From NCBI GenBank assembly GCA_963664115.2, contig CAXWPJ010000007.1, positions 1 through 64,000 on the forward strand: a stretch of 64,000 bases of DNA, given 5' to 3'. Within the stretch, counting starts at the first letter, position 1. The number at the start of each line of letters is the position of its first letter. Positions 39,876 through 49,839 of this stretch are shown here, piece after piece. The notes beneath the pieces were generated by a model. It was not told where the DNA came from. It ran no database searches and saw only the letters and a list, made by a program, of their open reading frames with translations. This DNA is from Terriglobia bacterium (GTDB taxonomy: Bacteria; Acidobacteriota; Terriglobia; 20CM-2-55-15). The position numbers were made by a program, and so were the translations under genes.

Positions 39876-41018
39876 ATGAACACTCAAAACGTGCGGGACG
39901 TAGAGGGGACGGTGGGTCCGACGCCAACTGTCGCCCCGACGCTAAACGTCAACATCGAAAAACGCTATTCGGACGGCACAACGATTGCTGCGGATTTCGA
40001 TCTCCCATCGAACCCACCTCAGGTGTCCATCGTCTTCGGACCCTCCGGTGCAGGCAAGACAACGCTGCTACGGTGTATTGCCGGTCTGGAAAGGCCGACC
40101 CGGGGCCGTATTCGATACGGAGAGGAAATCTGGAGCCAGCACGGTACGCGGCACTGGGTGCGGCCTCAGAAGCGGCCCATTGGCTATCTGTTTCAAGACT
40201 TCGCCCTGTTTCCCCACCTCACGGTGGAGCGCAACATCGCCTTTGGCTTGGGTGCTTTTTCTCGTTCTGAGTGCCACCAGAAGGTCGAGGCAATCAGCTC
40301 CCGGCTGGGACTTGAAGGCCTCCGAGGGCGCCGGCCCGGAGAACTCTCCGGTGGTGAGCAGCAACGTGTTGCCCTGGCCCGGGTGCTAGTACGCGAACCC
40401 AGAATTCTCTTGCTTGACGAGCCTTTTGCGGCATTGGACGAAAGAACGCGAGAGAGTGTCCGGTCCTACCTCCGAAACTTTCTCTCCCAGCTGGAAATCC
40501 CCGCCCTCGTCGTGACCCACGACTGGATCGACGCCCTGGCGCTCGGGGATGAAATGATGGTTCTCAGTCGCGGGAGACTCCTCCAGAAAGGATCGCCCCA
40601 GGAGGTGTTCACGCGACCGGCACGGCGGGAAGTGGCTGCCGCAGTGGGGGTTGACACCGTTGCCCCGGGCCGGATGCTCGATCGGGCCGATGGCGTGGTG
40701 CGGCTGCGTGTCGGTCGAGGGGAACTGCTGGCGGTGGACCCGGGCGGCGAGGATAATTCTTTCTGGGTCTGCATTCGCGGAGAGGATGTCACGATCGAGC
40801 AAGGCCCACCGCCCCGAAGCAGCGCACGGAACCATCTTTCCGGAAAGGTGAGTGCGGTTTTCCCACAGGGAACACTCACGAAGGTGGTGCTGGACGTGGG
40901 ATTCGAGCTGGTCGCTCTCGTAACCCGTCAGGCGGCCCGAGACCTCAATCTGGCGCCGGGTGTCGGGATATCGGCCGTATTCAAAGCCTCGATCGTCCAT
41001 CTCATCCCCACTAAATGA
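39876..41018 (+). CDS. modC: Molybdate ABC transporter ATPase
   Basis: GPSGAGKT, LSGGE, LLLDEP, C-terminal TOBE (SARN). Confidence 0.95.
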   Translation: MNTQNVRDVEGTVGPTPTVAPTLNVNIEKRYSDGTTIAADFDLPSNPPQVSIVFGPSGAGKTTLLRCIAGLERPTRGRIRYGEEIWSQHGTRHWVRPQKRPIGYLFQDFALFPHLTVERNIAFGLGAFSRSECHQKVEAISSRLGLEGLRGRRPGELSGGEQQRVALARVLVREPRILLLDEPFAALDERTRESVRSYLRNFLSQLEIPALVVTHDWIDALALGDEMMVLSRGRLLQKGSPQEVFTRPARREVAAAVGVDTVAPGRMLDRADGVVRLRVGRGELLAVDPGGEDNSFWVCIRGEDVTIEQGPPPRSSARNHLSGKVSAVFPQGTLTKVVLDVGFELVALVTRQAARDLNLAPGVGISAVFKASIVHLIPTK

Positions 41019-41427
41019 CACTCGACAAGACGATCTGAAGTCCTTCGCGGTTCGTGTTCCAAGAGAGCCGTTCAGAAGCCTCCAGAGCCGGCAGCCAGGC
41101 ATAAGCCACGTGTTCATCAGACAGAATCACTGCATGGAATCGCTCGACTTCGGCTCCGACGAGGAGCTCCCTCACTTCGGCTGCATCCTTCTCGAAATGA
41201 AACTCGACTCCGGTCTCGACAAAGTGGAGAACGTCGGTGATGCCTGTTTCCTCTTCCAGTTCGCGCGCGGCCGAATGTAGGAAATTACGGTCTTCGGGCT
41301 CCATTTTTCCGGTCACAGGCTGCCAGATGTCGCCCCGGTCGGGCGGGCGCTGGAGAAGAAGGACCTGGATCTCTGGCGCTCTGCAGTAAACAATGACTTG
41401 AACCTTTCGTATGATGACATCAGCCAT
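41011..41427 (-). CDS. NUDIX hydrolase (NudB-like)
   Basis: WQPVTG...AARELEEETG, LSDEH. Confidence 0.88.
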   Translation of the reverse strand: MADVIIRKVQVIVYCRAPEIQVLLLQRPPDRGDIWQPVTGKMEPEDRNFLHSAARELEEETGITDVLHFVETGVEFHFEKDAAEVRELLVGAEVERFHAVILSDEHVAYAWLPALEASERLSWNTNREGLQIVLSSVI

Positions 41428-41469
41428 GATTGCAGTGCATTGTAACCGTTCCGCATATGTGAGTCAGCG

Positions 41470-41907
41470 ATGTCGGCCGTGATCGAAGTCGGAGACGAAC
41501 TGCGGATTCCGGAGGATGCACTCGAATTCCGTGTGGGAACCAGCAGCGGCCCCGGGGGTCAGAACGTCAATCGCGTTCGGACTCGGGTCACCGTTTGTTT
41601 CGATGTGGCCCACGCCGCATGTCTGTCGGACCTACAGCGGCAACGCATTCTCGAACGTCTGGCGGCCCGGATTAACAAGGAGGGCATCCTCAAGGTCCGA
41701 TCCCAGAAGCACAGGACGCAACAGATGAACCGCGCTGGGGCACAGGAACGGCTGATCGAGCTTCTGGGGGCCGCGCTGCATGTGGCACGACCCCGGAAAA
41801 AGACCCGGGCGAGCCGGGCCGCTAAGGAACGCCGGCTGGAGGACAAGAAGCGGCGTTCACGGCAAAAGCGGGACCGGACCCGGCCTGCGGGGATGGATCA
41901 GGATTGA
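41470..41907 (+). CDS. arfB: Alternative ribosome rescue peptidyl-tRNA hydrolase
   Basis: SSGPGGQNVN, basic C-terminal tail. Confidence 0.95.
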   Translation: MSAVIEVGDELRIPEDALEFRVGTSSGPGGQNVNRVRTRVTVCFDVAHAACLSDLQRQRILERLAARINKEGILKVRSQKHRTQQMNRAGAQERLIELLGAALHVARPRKKTRASRAAKERRLEDKKRRSRQKRDRTRPAGMDQD

Positions 41908-41911
41908 AGCG

Positions 41912-42535
41912 GTGGGGCAGTCGCGACTGACAATTGAGGACGGGGTGCGGGAAGTCGTCCGTTGGGCGCGGGCAGACCGGAACCCACCGGTAGTTGTGGG
42001 TATCGGGGGAGGCTCGTGTGCAGGAAAGACGAGCGTTTCCCTTGCTTTGAGGGAAGGGATTGCGGATTCGGGCATTCTTGAAATGGATGCGTATTACCAT
42101 AGCCGCGCAGATGTGGGCGAACAGGTCGATGTCAACTTCGACGAGCCAGGGGCCCTGGACTTCACATTATTAAAAAGACACTTGAAGTTTCTACGTTCAG
42201 GTATTGGAATTCATAAGCCTGTTTACGATTTTAAAAAACATGTGCGGTCCGGTACGGAATGGTTCGCTCCGTGCCGGGTCATTATCCTGGACGGCATCTT
42301 CGCCTTGCATTCAAGCCTGGAGGGATGGCTGGATTTTGGGATCTTCGTGGATTGCGACGCGGTGGAGCGCTTGCGGCGGAGGCTCAAGCGGGATCGTGTC
42401 GAGCGTGGCCGGACTTGGGCAAGCGTCCGCCACCAATTCGAAACCACCGTGCAACCGATGTTTCTAATCCATGTCGAGGGAACGCGGACGGCGGCCAACA
42501 TCGTCATCTCGAATCAAAAGCACCTTCAGCTCTAA
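41912..42535 (+). CDS. udk: Uridine kinase
   Basis: GIGGGSCAGKT, DAYY, NFDEP, RRLKRDRVERGR; start uncertain. Confidence 0.88.
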   Translation: MGQSRLTIEDGVREVVRWARADRNPPVVVGIGGGSCAGKTSVSLALREGIADSGILEMDAYYHSRADVGEQVDVNFDEPGALDFTLLKRHLKFLRSGIGIHKPVYDFKKHVRSGTEWFAPCRVIILDGIFALHSSLEGWLDFGIFVDCDAVERLRRRLKRDRVERGRTWASVRHQFETTVQPMFLIHVEGTRTAANIVISNQKHLQL

Positions 42536-42604
42536 AGAAAGCGTCCCCTGTTGCCGATCTGTCTATTAACGATACGGACGATACTCCTAAGGGGAGAGAC
42601 CGGC

Positions 42605-42778
42605 ATGGACGCCATAATAGTGAGTGAATTGGACAAGATTATCGCCTCGCTCGAGGTGATCGAGAACCAGTTAACGAAGGTCAAGGCCAGCGAAGAAGGC
42701 GCGGTATGGATTCGCTCAGAGTTTCCGCCGATGCCCTTTCCGGCATTCGACCAGGAATCTTCATCACTTCCCATCTGA
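42605..42778 (+). CDS. Small hypothetical protein
   Basis: AAGGGGAG SD; 57 aa. Confidence 0.45.
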   Translation: MDAIIVSELDKIIASLEVIENQLTKVKASEEGAVWIRSEFPPMPFPAFDQESSSLPI

Positions 42779-42837
42779 GGACGCGCCCACACGGTCTGGG
42801 GAAGTCGCTTCGAGTTCAGAAGCTCAACTGCTCGGAC

Positions 42838-42879
42838 ACGCCCGCGAGAATTCGAAGCTCTGACCTTCGGATTCGTAGT
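42838..42879 (-). repeat. att-like copy of the tRNA-Arg 3' half
   Basis: 39/42 identical direct repeat of 55396-55437. Confidence 0.9.
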
Positions 42880-43275
42880 TCAATCCCTAACTTTTCAGCT
42901 GTTTTAATTCCGTTCAGACTGTCTGCTAATACGTTGACAGTATGCGCCTTCTCGTCAAAGTCACACCCCATCCCTTTTTGGCTGTTTTTGGGTGTCTTCA
43001 GGCGTGTTGGTAGATGTTGTTAAATGCGGTACCCTCGGACGCAACGCGATGTTTAAGAAGAACTGAACAAGCGGATTCAATATGTTCTCAGTGAAGCCGG
43101 TGGGGACACGGATGAAGTGGCCTTTTGTCGGCCGCCTATCACTGCTTTCGGTTCTCTTTACGTTGGCACTGCGCTTGCCACTATGTTTGTACGACCTTTT
43201 AACCGGGGAGCGATCAACGCCACTCCACTGTCAACGAACATTAACGTGATTACTACAACTTATTGAGGAGTGATT

Positions 43276-44271
43276 ATGGCTAAAAAAACGAACAGACGCG
43301 AGTTTGTCAAGGTCGCTGGACTGGCGGCCTCGGGCTGGATGGCGACGGCCCGTGCGGTGAGCGGAGCAGTTCCTGAGTCGCAGGGGCAACCGGCGCCAAG
43401 AACAATGGGTGCGCGCTTTCGCGCGTTGATGAATGGGCCGGAACCGCTTATATGCCCGAACGGTTATGACACGCTTACGGCTCGTCTGATCGAGGCTCAC
43501 GGCTTCAAAGGAGTGTTTATCGGCAGCAGTGTCGCTAATCAAGCCCTGGCCGGTATGCCGGACCAGGCGATCGTCACGGTGTCCGAGATCATCGAATATG
43601 ATAGTACTGTCGCCGCGAACGTGGATATTCCTGTCCTTGCGGATCTCGATGACTTCGGCGCCACGCCTCTCACTATTTACCGCCTCGCGCAAAAGGCTGA
43701 ACGCGGTGGGATCGGCTGCGCGGCCTTCGATGACCGAATGCCCCTCAACCGCGCCACGGCCTATGCCGTTCCGGGTGTCCACCCCAGGGCTCGCATGATC
43801 GACAATATTCATGCAGCAGCCGACGCGCGTACGGACATGGTCCTGATCGTGCGCTGTCTTGCGCCCACTCCGAATAATTCGTACAACGAGATGCTGGACC
43901 GGGCCGCCGCTTACGCCGAAGCCGGCGCTGACGCTGTGTGGCTGGGATTGCCGACGGCCGAAGACTACGTACAGGCTGCCGGCATGATCACGAAGCCGCT
44001 GATGGCTACCGTCGGTGGCGCAAATTTACCGGCAACGGCGGCCGCTATGCTAGCAGCTCGAATCACCGTGGGTCAGGTCCCCAGCATGGTAGACATTGCG
44101 TTAGGCGCCATCGACAGAACACTGGTCGAATTGAAAGCGACCGGACATAGGACCGAAGCAATAAAGGGGGCGCTGAACCGGGAGATGTCGCAGAAAATTA
44201 AGCAAGTTGAAGAACTCAATGCGCTCTCACGGAAGTACAATCTTCCCAGCGCCTCGGCTCCGGAACGCTAG
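43276..44271 (+). CDS. Tat-signal isocitrate lyase/PEP mutase-family protein
   Basis: NRREFVK twin-Arg signal; YDTLTARL, GMPD, PVLADLDDFG, RAAAYAEAGAD. Confidence 0.82.
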   Translation: MAKKTNRREFVKVAGLAASGWMATARAVSGAVPESQGQPAPRTMGARFRALMNGPEPLICPNGYDTLTARLIEAHGFKGVFIGSSVANQALAGMPDQAIVTVSEIIEYDSTVAANVDIPVLADLDDFGATPLTIYRLAQKAERGGIGCAAFDDRMPLNRATAYAVPGVHPRARMIDNIHAAADARTDMVLIVRCLAPTPNNSYNEMLDRAAAYAEAGADAVWLGLPTAEDYVQAAGMITKPLMATVGGANLPATAAAMLAARITVGQVPSMVDIALGAIDRTLVELKATGHRTEAIKGALNREMSQKIKQVEELNALSRKYNLPSASAPER

Positions 44272-44311
44272 CCCGCGTTGACAGCCCGCGTTGGCAAGGA
44301 TGCCTGCTGAG

Positions 44312-45106
44312 GGCTCTGTCAACTTATCTTCCAACGGCCGAACCGATGGCATTTGGTCGCGAGTTGATCAGGCTGCCGTCACCGCTTCCCAAGTCGCAAA
44401 AGAACGCGCCCTCAACATGCGGTGGTGAACTGCTTTTAGTCTGTGCCTGGCCAAGCGGAAAAGATTCAGAACAACACCGTGAACATAGAGGAATCGTTGA
44501 GCGTGCGCAGGCGACTTGAATTTCCTCATCTGCCGTTCGTGCTGTCGGGTAGGTTGGTGTGAGGCTTCCGCTCGATTGTTCGCGTAACGTTCAGTGTCAT
44601 GATTCGTCGAAGGCATGATCGTCCGGAGCGCTGCGCCGTGACTCTTCAACTTATCGGTGACGATTCGCAGCGGAGTCTTTCCTTGACCTTTCAAGAGTTT
44701 GCGAAAGAAGCGCTCCGCTGCACGACGGTTGCGCCGCGACTGAACGAGGATATCGATCACGTCACCGTCTTGATCCACGGCACGCCACAGGTATTGCCGT
44801 TGACCGTTGATCGTCACGAAGACCTCGTCGAGGAACCCTGTATCTCCGAGTCGACCTTGTCGTCGCTTCAGGCGCTTGGCATAGTCGAGCCCGAACTTCG
44901 CACACCACCGGCGAATTGTCTCGTAGGACACGGTGATTCCTCGCTCGGCCAGCAAATCCTCGACTTCCCGAAAGCTGAGACTGAATCGATAGTAAAGCCA
45001 GACTGCATGCCTGATGATTTCAGCGGGATAGCGGTGTCCGTGGTAGCGGGATTGGGCGCTTTTCATCCAATCAGTGTGGCAGGTATGGTCTCAAGTTGAC
45101 AATGCC
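44312..45106 (-). mobile_element. IS6-family element
   Basis: IRs GGCTCTGTCAACTT / rc GGCATTGTCAACTT; about 795 bp. Confidence 0.9.
44368..45066 (-). CDS. IS6-family transposase
   Basis: AVWLYYRFSLSFREVEDLLAERG, LDE, YLWRAVD, NNRAE. Confidence 0.93.
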   Translation of the reverse strand: MKSAQSRYHGHRYPAEIIRHAVWLYYRFSLSFREVEDLLAERGITVSYETIRRWCAKFGLDYAKRLKRRQGRLGDTGFLDEVFVTINGQRQYLWRAVDQDGDVIDILVQSRRNRRAAERFFRKLLKGQGKTPLRIVTDKLKSHGAALRTIMPSTNHDTERYANNRAEASHQPTRQHERQMRKFKSPAHAQRFLYVHGVVLNLFRLARHRLKAVHHRMLRARSFATWEAVTAA

Positions 45107-45409
45107 ATCTGGATTCCTCTGTCAAGTAGGCGTAACTCTCCTGTCTGTTTTCTCCCGCAAATATATTCAGCAGGACTGACTAGAGGTTGCGAGGTGAGTA
45201 GCTAGTCGACTGCATCCGTATCTTCGGCCTCAAAAGTGGAACGGTATTGTTCCGGGCCATGATGGAAATTTGCGCGCGGGGAGCCATCCAACAAAGACGT
45301 CTTGAGGACACCCGCGTCGCTTCAAATTCACGGCCCACGGGTTTCGACCGTTCGGTTCAGCGTTCCACGCGGTGGGAAACAACCCGCGAAGTGTGGTATG
45401 AACTAAAGG

Positions 45410-45811
45410 ATGTCAGAATTTGGAGAAGCAACTGGAGAAGTCCTTGGACAACATCTGATCGCCGACATGACGGGGTTGTCCCCTGTCCTCCTGCGTGATG
45501 GTGAGCGGATCATGCATGTTCTTAACGACGCGTTGGCGCTGGCAGGTTTTCACTCCATCAGGAGCGTGGAACATCACTTCGTCGAGCGTGGTGCGGGATT
45601 TACGGGGATGGTCCTTTTGGCGGAATCCCATGCCGCCGTTCATACCTATCCCGAGCAGGAATACCTCGCGCTCGACATCTTCGCTTGCGGCGGTATCGAT
45701 CCATCCACCGTCATGGACGCGTTGGTTCGAGAGCTGGGTCCTACATCAGTCGACGTGCGGACTCTGACACGCGCTCCTCGCGCGAGCATTCCCGCGGACA
45801 GAAAAACCTAA
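45410..45811 (+). CDS. speD: S-adenosylmethionine decarboxylase proenzyme
   Basis: GQHLIAD, LAESH self-cleavage site, HTYPE, DIFACG. Confidence 0.93.
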   Translation: MSEFGEATGEVLGQHLIADMTGLSPVLLRDGERIMHVLNDALALAGFHSIRSVEHHFVERGAGFTGMVLLAESHAAVHTYPEQEYLALDIFACGGIDPSTVMDALVRELGPTSVDVRTLTRAPRASIPADRKT

Positions 45812-45858
45812 TCCGGAGGGATATCACCCGAAAATGTTCGGGGTGAGGCCGGATTTGG
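45812..45858. terminator. Hairpin between convergent speD and DUF350 genes
   Basis: ATCCGG...TCACCCGAA-AATG-TTCGGGGTGA...CCGGAT. Confidence 0.45.
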
Positions 45859-45865
45859 CCTACCC

Positions 45866-46873
45866 TCAGAAGGTCCACACGATCAGGATCGAAGCGCCGA
45901 TGTAGCCGAACGCTTCGAGGAGGCCGGCGCCGATGTTAGGATGTTCCTGCGTCTGTTCGTCGGCAAGTTTGACGCCCGGCGCCAGTAAGATGTCGGTGAA
46001 TTTGTGGACGAAGAACAACATGATGAAGCCAAATGTGACATCGACCGCGAACAGCATCAGGCTATCGGTCCAGCCGGTGAAATCGCCGCCGACTGCCACA
46101 CTGATGACATTGCCGATTCCGATGAGCGCTCCTCCGAACGCGAGGCCTACCGCAGCGTTATCTCTCTCCAGTTCTTCAAGAAACTTGTATGGGGTCACCC
46201 ACTCGTACAGTCGTCCGGCGATCACCAATACCACCTGGGCGAGTAACCAGAAAGCCAGTAGGACTAGCATGCCCGAACCCATGGCGCTGAATGCGCTCGC
46301 CGCGGGAGAAGCTCCCCCTAATTCGCCCTCGGTGGCACGGAGAATGATCAGGCCGTTGGCGATATATACGCCGGCCTCGACGTACCCCACGCCGAGGTTG
46401 CGATCTTGGACAATCTCTTTGGTGTTGTTGAATGTAGGCAGAAGGATTTTTTCGCACATGAAGCTCGCCAGAAGCATAAGGACGATTGCAGAAAGACCGT
46501 AGATAGCGATCGTAACCACGTCTGTTCCGAGACCCTGTGATTCGCCCGAAATCGCCCCACCGAAAGCGACCAGAATGCCGAAGTAATAGCCCACCGTGGA
46601 GATTGCGAGCGCCTGATTGTCCCGGGTGAAGAGTTCCGCATTCAACTCCACACGCCGATATAGACTGGAATAAGCGAATTTCGCGATCCACAAGAGAACA
46701 AACGCTTCGAGGATATAAACGAAGGATTCGCCGATTAGATACAAATTATCTACCAGAGAAACCTGCACCAACTGCGGCGTAGAAGTTTGCGCAGAGAGTG
46801 TAAATCCCAGTCCGGCGAATACCGGAGCGGCTAAGCCAAGTACGACAGCGAGAATGGCCGGCTGTTTGCTCAT
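45866..46873 (-). CDS. Multi-repeat DUF350 membrane protein
   Basis: Repeated E...DN.A.G/A motifs between TM pairs (RDNQALA, DRNLGVG, RDNAAVG, HPNIGAG). Confidence 0.82.
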   Translation of the reverse strand: MSKQPAILAVVLGLAAPVFAGLGFTLSAQTSTPQLVQVSLVDNLYLIGESFVYILEAFVLLWIAKFAYSSLYRRVELNAELFTRDNQALAISTVGYYFGILVAFGGAISGESQGLGTDVVTIAIYGLSAIVLMLLASFMCEKILLPTFNNTKEIVQDRNLGVGYVEAGVYIANGLIILRATEGELGGASPAASAFSAMGSGMLVLLAFWLLAQVVLVIAGRLYEWVTPYKFLEELERDNAAVGLAFGGALIGIGNVISVAVGGDFTGWTDSLMLFAVDVTFGFIMLFFVHKFTDILLAPGVKLADEQTQEHPNIGAGLLEAFGYIGASILIVWTF

Positions 46874-46904
46874 AATGAAATTCCTGTTGTGTCGTCGATC
46901 GCGA

Positions 46905-47660
46905 TCATTTTCCAAAGCTGCGCCCGCCTGAGACCGCCCGACTGCTTGCTCTGGCCTGAAAACGCGCCTGTTTGGCCTGATACCTCTGAGAGAAAGATGG
47001 CCGCGTTGTGGCAGTAGCCGTACCGTTCGCGCCGAAGGTGGGCCGTCCTCCAGTCTGAGGGCCGTAGTAGGGCTGTCCGCGATTCCTCGTGCCGACGTAG
47101 GTGCCGTAATCTCCCCGATTGATCCGGTGCCCACCCAACGCGGTCCTCATGAACGCGTACTGCCCGTAAAAAATCCAGAAACCGCCGGCACCAAAATACC
47201 CGTATTGGCTGCGACCCACATGCTGATAGTAGGGCGGGTGGCTCTGGTCATAGCCGGTCAAGGTGCCATCCGCATTCTTTGCGGCCACGACCATACCTAT
47301 GGATCGCTCATAACGGTCCACCAGACGGTCGGAGATCGAATAGGTGTTCACCTGTTCATCAAACTCGGCCGCCTCGCCCTCGTCGGGGTTCTCTCCGATC
47401 GGTTCAGCGACCAGGTAGCTGCTCTTGAGCGTCATCGAGTTCCGCAGAAATCCGTCGTCGACATCGTCCACGATGATCGAATACTCGGAATATTCGGCAA
47501 GCTGTCGCGCCAACTCTGGGACCGGGTCATTGCGCGACAGCCAGCCGCCGACTACCCAGAATCCCAGCAGTACCACGACGGCGACCATCCCTGCCTGGAT
47601 CCAGCGTTCCTCGCTTGTCTGCCTGGGCATCTCTCGACGCCTTGGATCATTTCTGTTCAT
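46905..47660 (-). CDS. Single-TM protein with Gly/Tyr/Arg-rich tail ending GGRSFGK
   Basis: N-terminal TM; GGFWIFYGQYAFM; low-complexity tail. Confidence 0.75.
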   Translation of the reverse strand: MNRNDPRRREMPRQTSEERWIQAGMVAVVVLLGFWVVGGWLSRNDPVPELARQLAEYSEYSIIVDDVDDGFLRNSMTLKSSYLVAEPIGENPDEGEAAEFDEQVNTYSISDRLVDRYERSIGMVVAAKNADGTLTGYDQSHPPYYQHVGRSQYGYFGAGGFWIFYGQYAFMRTALGGHRINRGDYGTYVGTRNRGQPYYGPQTGGRPTFGANGTATATTRPSFSQRYQAKQARFQARASSRAVSGGRSFGK

Positions 47661-47668
47661 GGTAGTTC

Positions 47669-48217
47669 CTAAGCGTCCCCACTCGGCAGGATGTTTGTGA
47701 ACTGATACTCTTCCACATATTCGCCGACGACAGACTTGAAATCCCTTTCTCCGTACTGCGTGACGAACAGTACATTGTTTCCTGTATCGTCACAATAGGT
47801 CCAACTGATGAAGTCTTTACCCGGGCCCTCGGCGTTTTCATGGAACCGACCTGCGCCGCTCTCCATCAGCCTATGGCTTCGCCCATTGCGGGTCAAGGTC
47901 TTAGGTGGATCTTCATGTCGGCGGGTATGTTCAATGACTTCTTCGGAGATCTCGCTGATAGAAATGCTTTCTGTCAGCGTCCAGGTGATCCCGTCGTCAC
48001 TCGCACGTTCCAGATAGAGGACCTTGTCGGAGGTTTCGAGCACCCATTCTCTGGTCTCGACTCCAGAGTAGTCGTAGGTATTGTACCCCTTGACCTCCCA
48101 GGTCTTCATATCGTAATCGACCAGATATCCAACCTTCATAACGCCCAGTTCAAAGTCCACCTGCGTGTCGGATTCTGCATCGTCTTGGCCACGGCCAAAC
48201 CATTTTTTCCATCCCAT
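47669..48217 (-). CDS. DUF4178-like protein
   Basis: Acidic, aromatic beta-rich sequence (YDYSG...EW.L, FISWTY.D..G); operon context. Confidence 0.7.
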   Translation of the reverse strand: MGWKKWFGRGQDDAESDTQVDFELGVMKVGYLVDYDMKTWEVKGYNTYDYSGVETREWVLETSDKVLYLERASDDGITWTLTESISISEISEEVIEHTRRHEDPPKTLTRNGRSHRLMESGAGRFHENAEGPGKDFISWTYCDDTGNNVLFVTQYGERDFKSVVGEYVEEYQFTNILPSGDA

Positions 48218-48246
48218 CTTTCATCATCCCCCTAGGGAGCATCGGA

Positions 48247-49839
48247 CTACCATCGAGCGAGATCGTCCCGATAATACCCCGCCAGAGTCGGTCGTGCCAA
48301 GGTATTAGGCTCGACCTCAACACGGGTCATGTCCGCATCAAAATGTAAATTGGCCAAGAACAATTCCTTGTTCAGGTAACGCAGCCCGGGCATAAACTGA
48401 ACGCTGCCAGGATCGATCGGTGCCTCGGACCCGATATGAAAGCCCCATTCGCCGAAGGAAGGTACGTAGGCGTGAAACGAGAGCACCTCGAGATCCGCTT
48501 CTTCCATCGATTTGCCGATACACCAGTAGGCCTGGCGCGTGTAGTAAGGGCTCGTCGCCTGAGTAATTACCACTCCTCCGGGAGCCAGATGCCGACGAAT
48601 CAGCTTGTACGCTTCGACCGAGAACAGTTTTGAGATCTCTTCTTCTCGCGGATCTGGAAGATCGATTACCACCACCGAATAGGGTTCGTGTTCCCTCTGC
48701 AGAAAACTAAACCCATCTTCGTTAATCACCCGGACCCGGGGGTGGCTCAGGGCGTTCCGGTTCAGGTCGGTAAAATAGAGATTGCGCCTGGCCAGCGTCG
48801 TCATGGCCGGATCGAGGTCCACCAGCTCGATCTCGTCCACCTCGGAATACCGCAGGATTTCACGAACGGCGAGACCGTCACCGCCGCCGACGACCAGAAC
48901 CCGTGCCCGGCTATGCGAAAACGCCATGGCAGGGTGGACCAGCGCTTCGTGATACCGGTACTCGTCGACTGAGGAGAACTGTAGATGCTCGTTCAAAAAG
49001 AGCCGGGTTTCATCCTTCCAGCGCGTAACCACAATCTTCTGATATTCGGTCTCCGTGCTGAAAACCACCTGGCCTTCGTAGAGGGAATCTTCCCACCGAT
49101 CCATCAGGGGCTGGGCTTGACTTGCGAATACAGCCAACACAGTAGAAATCAGGACGCCCTGGACGACGAGTCGTGCCCGGTCTCCGGCCGATATTTGGGC
49201 CCACACGGCGAGAAGGATGGCCGAACCAGCGGCAACGTTGAGGGCGCCGGCGAGGAGTGATGTATGAAACGCCCCGAGAACCGGCAAACAAAAGAATGGG
49301 AAGAGAACAGCGGCGACCAGAGCGCCAACGTAATCGACCGAAAGCACATTCGACAGGATCGTCCGCAACGATCCGTGTCTTCGCAGGATCCGTGTGAGGA
49401 GCGGGATCTCCAGTCCGATGAGCGTGCCGATGATCAGGATGATGACCAGCATCAGGTATTTGTAGACGCTGGTGTAGGCGTTCGCGAGGTACAGAGCGGG
49501 AACTGTCAGACCTCCGAACAACCCGAGCCACAGTTCCAACGCCACCAACCGCCGGATCAAGTTCCCGTGAACGGCCCTCGAGATCCACGAGCCCAGGCCC
49601 ATCGCGAAAAGAAAGAATCCGATCGTCAGCGAGTACTGTTGGACGCTGTTGCCCAGGAAATACGACGAGATACTTCCGACCAGTAACTCGTAGACGATTC
49701 CGCACGCCGCGGCGACGAAAATCGATGCGAGTATCAGGAACAGACCCAGCCGCGACAGCCTTTCTTCTCCCAACCCGACATCGTCGAACTCTAGTTCGTT
49801 GGGGGTAAGATTGGTGTCAGGTGTCTTGCTGATGCTCAT
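48247..49839 (-). CDS. speE: Membrane-bound polyamine aminopropyltransferase (spermidine synthase-like)
   Basis: About 7 TMs (CGIVYEL, GLEIPLL) followed by LQFSSVDEYRYHE, GGGDG, VDLD, IDLPDP, PSFGEWG. Confidence 0.92.
   Translation of the reverse strand: MSISKTPDTNLTPNELEFDDVGLGEERLSRLGLFLILASIFVAAACGIVYELLVGSISSYFLGNSVQQYSLTIGFFLFAMGLGSWISRAVHGNLIRRLVALELWLGLFGGLTVPALYLANAYTSVYKYLMLVIILIIGTLIGLEIPLLTRILRRHGSLRTILSNVLSVDYVGALVAAVLFPFFCLPVLGAFHTSLLAGALNVAAGSAILLAVWAQISAGDRARLVVQGVLISTVLAVFASQAQPLMDRWEDSLYEGQVVFSTETEYQKIVVTRWKDETRLFLNEHLQFSSVDEYRYHEALVHPAMAFSHSRARVLVVGGGDGLAVREILRYSEVDEIELVDLDPAMTTLARRNLYFTDLNRNALSHPRVRVINEDGFSFLQREHEPYSVVVIDLPDPREEEISKLFSVEAYKLIRRHLAPGGVVITQATSPYYTRQAYWCIGKSMEEADLEVLSFHAYVPSFGEWGFHIGSEAPIDPGSVQFMPGLRYLNKELFLANLHFDADMTRVEVEPNTLARPTLAGYYRDDLARW

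Noticed and set aside
42838-42879. A second tRNA-Arg gene
   Set aside because: Only the 3' half is present and the T-arm is mutated; interpreted as an att site
45866-47134. 422-aa version of the DUF350 gene
   Set aside because: The extension overlaps the upstream gene; ATG 46873 has an SD and begins a hydrophobic N-terminus
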